Source: Intoshia linei (taxonomy: Eukaryota; Animalia; Orthonectida). From it: DNA of 64,000 bases. Of the stretch, positions 25,092-37,300 are shown one piece after another. Where the stretch lies: NCBI GenBank assembly GCA_001642005.1, contig LWCA01000046.1:1-64000 (forward strand). Direction: 5' to 3'. Below the pieces are notes generated by a model, which was given only the letters and a program-made list of their open reading frames with translations, did not search any database and had not been told where the DNA came from. How positions within the stretch are numbered: position 1 is the first letter of the stretch; the number at the start of each line of letters is the position of its first letter. The translations under genes were made by a program, and so were the position numbers.

Positions 25092-26861
25092 AGGAGTAAA
25101 AAATAACAAAAAGGGACCTGCAGCAATGCAGTGTCCCCGATTCGCATATGGTCAAATTGAATCTAACTTTGTCCTCTCGCTAGCTAAGCGTGTTTTACTG
25201 ATTTTATTTCTTTTTTCGTGTCTTGTAGTTTCTTGTAGTAGTGTACCACGTTCCATGTGTCGTTGTAATCGCGTCTTGTATTGTTTAATTGTGGACAGCA
25301 CACCACAGTATATGTGGAAATAATTGTTTATATACTATTAGATTTAATTAAAATATTAAATATAATTATCATAATATATTCACAAATTTACTAACTATTC
25401 ATGTTATAGTTATTTTAAAAAATAAAATTAAATTAATTGAAATGCGTCATTTGATTTCAAAAGATTATAAATTAATCTATCATTTAATTTATCAATTTTT
25501 AGCCATTAAATGTTTATTTTTTCAATTGATATGTTGTTTATGGCAATTTATTTAGTTAGCAATTAAATTATACAGTGTAAATGTAATTAAAGTACAAATG
25601 TAAAATTTATAACTTTCATTTACTAAAACTTAATAGCTCTTAAATTTCATCACATTCATTGATTATCGTGTCCGTTCAAATGATTATAGATCTACAGATC
25701 TATTTTTTTTATTATTAATTTTTAATTGTCCCTATAAGACTTGACTTGATCATCTAAGCCAGTGCTTCTCAATCCGTCTTCCGCGAAATTTAATTGGGGT
25801 TCCGTGAAATATAAATGCGATATTTTTCAATTTAAAGTTTTTCAAAATAAATAAATTTAAAAAATATAAATTAAAGTTTCTAAATTAATATAACCAAAAA
25901 TCACATTTTGATATGCTTTTTTAATTAAGATAAATACGATCAGTCAACTTGATTAAAATACTTTTTGTGTTTATTTTAAATTATCTTTTTTAAAATTTAA
26001 AAATAATTATTCTAAGCCAGTTTGTCTGATTTTATATAATTTAATTCTGCATTTTAATATATTCAGTACTTATTTTGATCAAAACAAGTCATAAAATAAA
26101 TTAATGTTATGTATATAGGAAAGATCCAAATAAGCTTACTTGTATTGACAGCAATTAAGCATACAAAACGGGCAAAGCTGCTGTCGGTAAAAGAACTTCG
26201 TGTATGTCTCTCAAAAACGCGTCCAAGAATTAAAAACCTCTGTTAAAAATATCAGGCCAAATTTGTCATTGAGAAGGAAAAATAAATTTCTTTATTAAAA
26301 AATTTGTTTTTAATATTAGAAGCGTAATTTTTAAATTAAAAATCAAATTGTTTAACTAATTAAATTCAGCGTCTAATTTAATATTTATAACGCATAATTT
26401 AATTAATTTACCATTATTTAAAAGAACTGTGGTCGTCTAATTTAATGCTTAAGCGTGTAATATAATTATTGTACCATCTAACTTAATATTCGAAACGTTT
26501 GAATCAATTTAATTCGTTAATTCGTTTTGTGAATGACCTAATAGTTGGAGTAAAAAACAACAAAAAGGGATAAGCCTTGCAGCGTCCTGCAACGCGTCCT
26601 GATTCAGTATGATCAAATTAGAATCTAACTAGTATCACGCCAGCTAAGCGGGGTTTTTTCAAGTACCGCGACTGCGTACTGTGTTTTTTTATTTTCTTTT
26701 TTTTCGTGTAGCGCGTACCACAACATAAATGCAAATAATTGTTTATATACTATTACATTTAACTAAAATAATAAATATAATTATAATATATTCACAAATT
26801 TACTAACAATGAATGTCATAATTATTTTAAGAAATAAAATTAATGCGTCATTTGATTTCAA
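25092..26861 (+). repeat. Two diverged direct copies of a ~320-370-bp interspersed repeat (25092-25460 and 26547-26861)
   Basis: Both begin GGAGTAAAAAA(T/C)AACAAAAAGGGA and share CAAATT(A)GAATCTAAC, AGCTAAGCG, AATAATTGTTTATATACTATTA, ATATATTCACAAATTTACTAAC and AATGCGTCATTTGATTTCAAAA. Confidence 0.75.
25760..26350 (+). mobile_element. hAT Buster-type relic with a pseudogenised transposase C-terminus
   Basis: TIR CAGTGCTTCTCAA and 5' sequence like 9284. About 26145-26260 translates LTAIKHTKRAKLLSVKELRVCLSKTRPRIKNLC*KYQA, typical of the C-termini of Buster/ZBED5-like transposases. Confidence 0.75.
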
Positions 26862-27799
26862 AATTTAGTGCTAAATAATTATAGAAATTGTAGCGATGCC
26901 ATCGGTAACCGACACTATCGCTAAGGAATATTATTGATTGATAATGTATTTATTTGGTGAACGAATTTGTAATATAAATTAAATTTTAATGGTTGAAATA
27001 TGTCTAAAATAAATTATTTTATTTTACAAAGCTTCGAAAAAACTACAGAAATAAGTAATAATTTAAATTTAAGTCTTAAGTTGTAAATAAAGTGCTAAAT
27101 GTCGAAATTAAATGACGCTTTAAAATTTAACTTAAATGGTGGCCTAATTTTAACATTTTTGTATAATTATAATTATCAAAAAACTAATTAGTTGTTATTA
27201 AATGAAAGTTAATTTTTACATTAAGTTTTAATGCCTTTGTGGAAATTTTTTAAAAAACAAAACTGCCAATTGTTTTAAACCGTTAAGAGGTGGGGAAAGT
27301 GTGGTCTTACTGACGATTTAGTGCGACCTTCTGAACAATTTGAATTATTTTGCATTTAAAATTATTCTATTTATTTTTAAAATATTAATTTTTGGTAAAA
27401 TAGGATTTTTCAAAAAAATATTGGTATAAAAGAGGTTTTTTTCATTAAGGATAAGTAAAATTTTGATTTTTTCTCTTAATATTTTCTAAATCTTATGAAA
27501 TATGTTAAAAATTTATAATTCACCCCAGCGACTCTCCAACTCGGACTACTTAATCAAAGCCCGAGTTGATATTTTTATATTTTTTGAAAAATTTACTTAC
27601 ACTTACGTTAAATTTATAAGAAGCGCACCCACAAGGGGTTTATGACATTTATCACTAAGTCATTTGTTTGTTGCACAATTATCATCAATTAAACAGACAT
27701 CATCAAAACTTTTATTATAAAGTTTTAAAACCCATAAAATAAAATTGAAATGAGCTTCTACACCAAAATTCATTTCTTCCATTAATGAAAAAACCCAAT

Positions 27800-27906
27800 A
27801 AATTTTAAGCAGAAAATTTTTAATCGTCATTATAGATAAGTAGTTTTGGCTTTAGATTTAACACCAAATAATCTAAAATTGATAGTACGTATTTTTTCTG
27901 GTCACT
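27800..27906 (-). mobile_element. Partial copy of the 1792-1950 MITE family
   Basis: The reverse complement aligns to ~1795-1898 (GATAGTACGT.TTTTTTCTGG, ATAGATAA.TAGTTTTGGCTTTA). Confidence 0.7.
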
Positions 27907-28333
27907 TTAATTTAAGTTTTAATATATTCGACAATTAATTGTCATATTCAAATTAGTTAATTGGGTTTTATATATTTTAACAATTTAATTCAATAACAAT
28001 TAATTTTTTTGCAATTAATTTTTTCCAATTGAAACGTTATGGCAATATCGAAGAGAAAAATTAAGGAAAGAAGCTCTAGAAATATATTGAAGCTTAATGA
28101 AATGTTAATGAAAGAATAAATGTTAATAGCTCAAGAAACTACCCAAAATTTTGCTTTATGTATGTTAAAACGTTCTAAAGGTGTTTTTAGGGAAAATGAA
28201 GACAACACAAAATAATTAAATCTTTAAATAAGAATTTTAAAGTTTTAATTAAGAAATATATGTTACAAATGGTAAATAAGAATTTAACAGTATATATAAG
28301 TTATATATTAACATATCTTTGTATGATCTTGAA

Positions 28334-31300
28334 TCATTTCGTCTCATTGGAACACATTTGATATAATTTTGGAATAACCACAAACACTATCGCCAAAAAT
28401 AATATTGCACTAACAACTGATGCTATAATGATTATGATTCGTAAGTCTAAAATTAAAATTAAATTGCATGACGTAAATACTATTATATTAAATAAAATTA
28501 TGTTTATGTGCCCAGTTTTCTCGGTTTAGACTTTATCTCATGTTTCTAACTCAGTCCAATTTACTGTGTTACTTACTTAAATATTCGGTTCCTCTAAATG
28601 TCACATCTCTGTTTATAAACAATAATATTCAATATTATAAATTACATGATTTATATTGATCACTCATGATGGACACATCGATACTATCACAATAAATTCC
28701 AGTATATGGGGAAGTACAGATGCATTTCGGTGATTCAATTACTGTTTTATCACAAATTCCGCTATTTTTACAATATTGAGTATCACACAAATCTAAAGAA
28801 AGATATATTTTCAATAAACCAAATAACAACGTTGACATCCAGAAATTTTTTTGGTCCAACCTGCTCGACATTTACAAGTAAATCCAGTTTTTGTATCGAC
28901 ACAAATATTACCATCTTCAAAAGATCCACAATTGTGGTTTTTATTAGTGCATTGGTTAGCTAATAAAATGTGATTAAATTAAAATATCCAAGATGTGTAT
29001 GTGTATTAATTACAAAAACAATCCATTTTTGATATTGATCCTACATCAGCTGTTGTAAAGGTTTCCGGACAAGAAATACAAATTTCATTATGTACAGTAT
29101 CGTTTGTTGAAAATGTACCGATAGGACACATTTCGCATACATTATCTCTGGTTATAAATTGGCCAGCCTTACAATCAGCTAAATATTACAATTAGAAATA
29201 GATTCGATTTGAATTACAACAATTATAAAACAATTACCTATATTACAATTCTTGATAGATACAGAACTTAAATCCAAAGTAGTATAATTTAATGGACAAT
29301 TTTTACATTCTTTGTGAATTGTATGATTTCTATATGTTCCTTTTTTGCATGGTTGACATGTTAAAGCATCTACAATCTGTTCATATCCAGATTCACAATA
29401 ATCTAAAATAAAAATTTAAATAGTAATAAACGTTGACTAGTATAAAAAGTTAAGTTAGTTTATTATGTGTATAATCATTGGTTGTGGTCATTTATAAGCG
29501 TTTGATAGATAAGAAACGAAAGATAAATTGTTATGAAATATGAGACAATTCTTTAACGAATTATCAATTTTTGTGAAATGTCAATAATAGAAGTGGGCGT
29601 GGTCAATAATGTCTACAAACCAAACAAAAATATGTTATTATTTTAACTACAATTTTTAACTAAAATAACAATATTTAATCTGCAAAAGTTAAAATTCAAT
29701 ATATACTTACAAATACAATCTGATTTGACCGTCATTCCAGTTTTAATTGTAGTGTAATTTTTAGGACAGTCGATGCAACTCGATTGTCCAATGTTTGGTT
29801 GATATGTTCCTCTTTCACATTCGATGCAATCACTCAATATTCTTTTAAAACCTTTATTGCAATTGACTAAATTAATATATATATATAAAATTAAAAATTA
29901 AAACTAAAATATAGCAGAATAAATAGGGAACTCATAAATAAATATTTACAAATGTACAGTCCAAATTTATAATCTTAAATATACAATACATTTTACTTTC
30001 TACATTGTAATACTTGTTAATTGCAATTTATATTATAATATAAATAATTATATAAATTGTATAATTATACATGTAAATATATTACTTATGTCGCAGTCAA
30101 GTTCCAATGATGCTGTTGTTGTCGATGTGGTTAATCCATTTTTACATTTATTGCACTTCAGAGGATCATCAGTAATGGATCTATAATATCCGATACCACA
30201 ATTTTTGCAAATGTCAAATTTTTTGTCGTAATATGTTCCTTGATTGCATAATTCTAGTAAAAAATTAATTGAAAAAACGTACAAAATTAAAATAAATGTA
30301 AAGTGGACATTATGTCAGTTTCGAACCTACTGTACTTTATGTCCCTCTTCGGGGAGTGGTTTGGACTGATGTAAATTTTTGTAAGATGGAAGACATATCT
30401 ATGATTGCGAAAATTATTTTTGGCTTAAAATTTTTTCTAAATAAACTAAAATTTAATCGAACATGATTATATCGAGATATCACTGTAATACTAAATCTAT
30501 ATCTCCGATATTCAATATCTAAATCACTGCAATAACCATACTGTATATTATGTTTTTATTTATTGTTATAATATATTTAATAAATAACCATAATTACATA
30601 TGCATAGTTATTAGCCATTTTTATTAGTTTTATATTTCTAGGCCAAAATAAAATTTTGTCACTGTGATTTCAAATTTAATTTAAATTTAAATTTACTGTA
30701 TTTAAAATTCAGATCCAACAAAGTTCCGGTTTATTTTATTTTTTTAACTTAAAATTTGATTTTTTCTTGAACTTATAATTAATATCAAACATTTATATTG
30801 TAAAAGAAGTATTTTATTTTTTGTACAAGATATTAATCTATAAATACACACCTACTATATTGCAATACCTTACTTTAATGGCTATTGAACGATTTCATTA
30901 AATATCGAAAAGCGACATAAAACAATAAAAATTAAAACATACCTATTGTGCAATCATCGATCATAGTAGACGCAATAAATTCAGTTATTTTATTGTTTGG
31001 GCATTTGATGCAATTGGAGGTATCACTGAGATATTTATAATAGCCAATTTTACAAGGAATACATTTCGCGTCCATATATTCATGACCAGAGAAACAATTG
31101 CGTATGCTACAGTTTTCTAGAGACGTGGATCCAGTTTTCTCTGTCAAAAGTTGATCGGGACATTCAAGACATTTAGATAATGTTTCATCTTTGTAAAACC
31201 CAATCTTACAAGGTACGCAAACATTTTCAACATCTTCGAAACCATTCAAACACAAATGTATATTGCAATATTTTGATTGAACTGTTCCAGTGTACTGAGT

Positions 31301-34300
31301 AGTATAATTAGTTGGACAAGGTAAACATGTTGAATTTGGTAATTCATTATTTTTGAATGTACCAATAGGACATGAAACGCATTTTTCATTTTCTACTTGA
31401 TATCCCAAAGGACAAATCTTAATATTACATTCATCTTTACTAATAGATGCTATATTATTAGTTGTCGTAAACGAGGGACATTTGACACAGTATGTATTAG
31501 GCAAATTTGATTCTTTATAATATCCCATCTCACAGAAAACACATAAACCGTTAATTTCTTGATAACCAGCTTCGCACATAAACACATTGCATTGACCTAT
31601 TTTTTTAGAACCTGTAGTTGGTGTAAGGAAGCTTGACGGACAAATTTGACACGTTCTTGAAGGAATTTTATTATTTTTGTAATAACCAATTTTACAGGGA
31701 GAGCACATATTATTAGTTTCTTCATACCCCTCATCGCATACGAGTAATTTACAGTCTTTTATAGACGTAGACCCCGTACCAAGTGTTATAAATGTGGATG
31801 TACATCGGGTACAGCCTTCCAAATAATTTTCATTATCCTTGTAATAACCGATTTTACAGGGAAAGCACGTGCTGTTATACCCTTCAAATCCTACGGGACA
31901 TTTATGAATAATACAATCTGTAATAGATGTACTTGCTACCGAAACTGTTACAAATGTTGCTGGACAGATTGTGCAGATTTCACCAGGATTATTATTATCT
32001 TTATATTCTCCTACTTTACAAGGTTGACATTTATTATTTACACTTTCATAACCAGCTTCACAAATTTGAACTGTACAGTCTAAATTGGAAGTAGATGCTG
32101 TATATTTTGTAACAAATGTGGTTTTGCATTTAATACATTTCTTTAGTGATAATTCATCTGACTTGTAAAATCCAATTTTACATGGAACACAATTACCGCT
32201 AATTTCTTCGAATCCCTTAAAACAAAGTTTTTCGCTACATTCATATTCAAATTTTGATCCCAAATGCAATGTTGTAAAAGTAGCCATGCATTGTTTACAC
32301 TTCGTAAAAGGAGATGTATCCATCTTAAAATAACCCAATTGACAAGCTTTACAAACGTTATTTAAATTTTCGAAACCTACCGGACAAACTACGACATTGC
32401 AGTCATTAGCTGATTTAGCTCCTTTTATAACAGTTAAATATCCTTTTGGGCATTTTTTACAATTCTTGTAGGGTTTGACAGTATCGCTATAAAATCCAAT
32501 ATCACAAATTTCACAATTTCTATTAATTACTTCCCGACCTAAAGGACAAACGAGAACATTACAATCTAAAATGGCTGTAGAACCAACATTGCGAGTAATC
32601 GTTGTGGATGGGCATGCGGTACATTCTATGTTTTCATCAACAATTTTGTAAAATCCATGTTTACATGGGTGACATTCATAATTGATGGGTTCATATCCTT
32701 TTGAACAAATGTGAACATTGCAATCGTCTATGAGAATTGTTCCGGTGCTTTTAGTTGTATGACGCAATGGACAAGGCTTACACCCTCGTGGTGAGTTTTC
32801 TTCTTTGTAAAAACCAATTTTACAAGGGACACATACTTCCTTGAAGGCTTCAAAACCTTTTTGACACACTAGAACAGTACAATCCGTTTCTTTTTTAGAC
32901 CCAATAAATATAGTGGAATAAAATGACGGACAACTAATACACTGACTTTTGGGTATGTCATTATTTTTATAATAACCTAATGGACATGGTTCACACTTTC
33001 TATCGACTTCTTGTTGTCCGATTGGACATTGCAAAATGGAACAGTCTTCAATTGATATTGAACCTGTATTCAGTGTCAGAAAATTGGTTGGACATGGACT
33101 ACATTGAGCGTTAGATGTATCTGTTGGGTTGTAATGAGCAATGGCACACATCTTACAAGTATTTTCAATTTTTTCATAACCCTTTTTACACATGAGCACA
33201 TTGCAATCATCTTTAGAAATGGAACTAGTCGATTGTGTAATATAACCATCTGGACAAAGTATACAAACACTGTTAACATCATCTTTAGACTTATAGTAAC
33301 CAACATCACATGGAATGCATTTATTGAATTTGGATTCACTTCCAATGGGACATTTTAAAATGTTACAGTCTAATTTTAGCTTAGTTCCCGTTGTGGCGGT
33401 AATATATGGGACCGGACATGCGGTGCATTTGCCCTTAGGAGTAGAATCGGGTTTATAGGTTCCAATAGGACAAAATATACAAGATTCCACGTTTAAATCG
33501 TTTTGATACTGTCCAGAATCGCAATAAAACAAACAATCTTTCACTTCAGTAGATGCGTCATTAATGGTTGATCTTTGGGAAGAGCATTTTTTGCACACAT
33601 TTTGCCATTTGATGTCTTGATATTCGCCAATTGGACACTTTTTGCAAATATTGCTAGTTTTATCTCCATAATAACCAATTTCACACGCAGCTACAGTACA
33701 CTGGGAAGAAGTTTTTGATGCAGTCATAGTAGTAATATACCCGGGAGGACACATAACGCAGTTAAATTCTTTACCTTTGGTCCTATACTTTCCAATTGGA
33801 CAATCTTTACACCCATTCAAAGTATCTTCCTGGCCATCAGGACATACAATAAAACAATCGCTTATAGAGTTAGATCCAGTGAATTGAGTTGTTTTATCAG
33901 CATCACAAAGTTTACAAAGTAGTTGACCACTCTGGTCTTGGTATTTACCAATTTCGCATTCTTCACACGTAGGAAAATTCAACTTTAGTGTATGATACGT
34001 ACCGATCTTGCACTTTTCCACACACTTTGTCTCAAATTCCGATCCAATTCTCAAAGTAGTCGTGTTTGTTGGACAAGATTTACAGTCTGATTGTTTAGTC
34101 AAGTCTTGAAAAGTACCGATAGGACAAGATAAACATTTCTTATTTTTATAGAATGTACCTGCCGGACATTCCACACAGTAACTTCCTATTGAAGCCATTC
34201 CCATGAGGCATAATGTAGTCGATTTTAATATAATATCTGTTGGTATCCCATTGACTATTAATTTACTTATATCTCCAACATTATCATCAACCAGATAGCT

Positions 34301-37300
34301 TTTTATCAAATTTATTATATTTTCATTATAAGCACCTTGGTATACCGTTTCAGTTAATCTATTCAATACGAGTTGGATCAAAGCAGAATCAGCTTGTTCA
34401 ATTTGCCGTTTTTTACGTTTTAATTTTGGAACTGCAACATTCAATAAACTATCCAAATAAGATTTAGTAAAACAAGACATAGTATATTCAAAATTGCTTT
34501 TTTCATTGCAGCAATCTCCATCCTCACACAATCCATTTTTACTTCCGAGCTGTTGTCCCCATTGAGAACTGAGTATGTTAAATTTTTCACAGAAATGAAT
34601 CTTTATTTTTGATATATGTTTTAAATTATTACATGCTGCAATTTTGTCATATCTAATTTGAATCTTTGCAGAAATTGAGGGTATCTTTATAACTAAATAT
34701 TTTAATTTCAATTTACTATTTATTACTTAATCCATAAAAAATAAATATAAAAACCTTGACATTTTGGATATTCAAAATTGGATTTGGACAATTGTTGATT
34801 AAATGATCCTAATGGACCACACGTATATAAATTTGGATGTGGTTCCACAAATATTCCATTATTTGGACATTTCGGTTTACATTGTCTGAATGGATATAAC
34901 TCATCGGAACAGGTTTGGAATCCCGATTTATCAAATATGCTGAATGAAGGTTTGACGCACGATTGCTCTAAAATTATAATTTTTTAAAAAATTTTTTTGT
35001 AATTCTTTTACCCTGAATATTGTAATGAAATTGGCATGTGGCGACATTTTTAGCAGAATCATATGAAACATAGACGATATGATATTGCCCAATATTCATA
35101 TATGCACCGAGTGGATAATTTGACGTCATAGTACTTGAACCGCCTTCAACGATCGGTAATTTCCAATTGCTAATTATTCGTCTATTATCAATAGTTAAAT
35201 AACTGTTTGGAGGACAAAATGTGAATACAGGTGGAATTTTGTCTAATTATAAAAATAAAAAATTAAAATTATCAAACTCAAAATTAACGTTAAAATACCT
35301 GGTATCAGAATTTTACAGTCTACTCCTTGAAATCCCTTCGGACAGGTGATTGTAATTGTTTTTTTATTGGCATTGCTAGGTCTAATTACAGAAACACCGC
35401 TAATAATAGCATAACGACCCCAATTTAAAAGTAGGTTGCTAGTAATTTTGAATATCGGACCGACAGATAGATTATCAATATCTGCGTGTGATAACTGCAC
35501 AGACCAAACATTTACCTGGCTTATGCTACCAATTATCTTTGTATTTTTCACATAATTTTTCAATTTTGTGTCATATGAAGCTCCTAATACCATAAAGCCG
35601 CTAAATACATATATTAATTAAAAATAATACAGAGTACATTAGGTGTTTAACGGTATTAAACTAAACGGGGAAAGCCTGATTAGTGTAAAAAATATTTAAG
35701 TACAAACCACCAAAGGGTCCAGGGATCTCAATCGGGAAAAACTACTCTAATATGTAAAGACTAATTAGTGCGACCATACATATATTAAATATTATATAAT
35801 ATATTATAATATTACTATTTAAATAATCTAGCATCTCCCGCAAAATTTGGATATTTAAACATTATTGTAGATCCAACGCATATATTTAAACTTCCTCCAT
35901 TTTGATTTGTCCAACCAACAGTTAAATAATACCATGTATCCACAGAAAAAGTGTTTGATTCTGTAGTAAAACTTTTTTCGTTTTTATTTATAGATAAGGT
36001 TATCTTTTCTGATGTAATTTGTAGTGTTCTATACACATCATCGTTCCGGTACATAGATCTAAATTTTATATTTATATTTCAGACATAGATACTATTGACA
36101 TACAAGTAGAAAAATGCAATATAAATATATATAATGATATACATTGATAATTGATATGATCATTATAATGATTGTTTATCATTGAAGGGCCAAAAAGAGT
36201 TTCCAAGTTAAACGATGCCAAGTCTCTTATAATTTTAAAGATTGGCCGCTATTATCTAATAACATTTTTAAATAAAAATTTTGTAAAAATTGAAAGATAA
36301 TCCCGTTAAGAGTCAAACTTAACTATCCATTTATTTCAGGGGTCGGCAACCTTTTGCAAATAGTGGGTCACATTTTTATATGAAATTATTCTAATCTATC
36401 CCCGTTTTTAAAAATTGAAAATACACATGATAGATTTCAATTTTAGTTGAAGAGTAGCGGTTCCAGTATATTAAACAAAATAAAGTCCAGGTTGATTTAA
36501 AAATTCAGTATTAAAATGATTATAATGATCTAATTACAGTAGAAATTGATTAAAACGATGTTTATAAGTTGAAAAATAAATAATTTACATATTTACTCAA
36601 AGGCCCACCAAAATTATTATGTGGTCCACTGGTTGCCGATGCAATCCATTTAATTAAATTTATCCTATAATATAAATCTACATTTAACCCTGTAAACGAC
36701 GACAGGAAAAAATTGCGTCATAATTCGTGTTTTAAACTTCGACAACAGTTTTTAAAATAAATGGTTACTGAGACAGACTCTATCGTAATTGTAATTAATA
36801 TTATACTACATAAATTCATACTTGATTGAGTACAATTCTAGAAGAACTCCTTTTAATTTAGACAGTTTAAACCAAAATCCGACTGTAAGACTTGAACTGT
36901 CTAAAACAAAATAATCTTGAGATTTAACTCCATCATGTCGTTCGTTCGTTTCAAATTGTAGATCAAAATCAGAATTTGTGACTAAATAAAGTAAACTTAC
37001 TACTATAATTATAATAATTATTATTGTTATTGTTTTATACATTTGTGTAATACACAATGTGTATACGAGATGAAAGTCTCACGGCAGCGTAAAACTTCCT
37101 GATTTTTCCGATAACTTTCTTTTGATTCATAAGTAAATTTTATTATTATGTAAGAGTTGAATTGTTATCCCCTTGAAGTTTTTAAGCCAAAATAAAAACA
37201 TTTTTTCTGAAAATAAATGTTCAATAATATTTATTTTTTTCTCGCGGAACTACATTTGGAAACCTTGCTTTTAACATGAAATTTTGATTGTAAGATTATT

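Noticed and set aside
25092-26861. LTR retroelement with paired LTRs
   Set aside because: No TG...CA ends, PBS, PPT or gag/pol remnants. The interior is a hAT relic and the two copies are quite diverged.
30932-34711. Stand-alone Giardia VSP-like or horizontally acquired surface-antigen gene
   Set aside because: It has no start or signal peptide of its own and is bounded by AG/GT in frame with neighbouring exons of the Uif-like gene.
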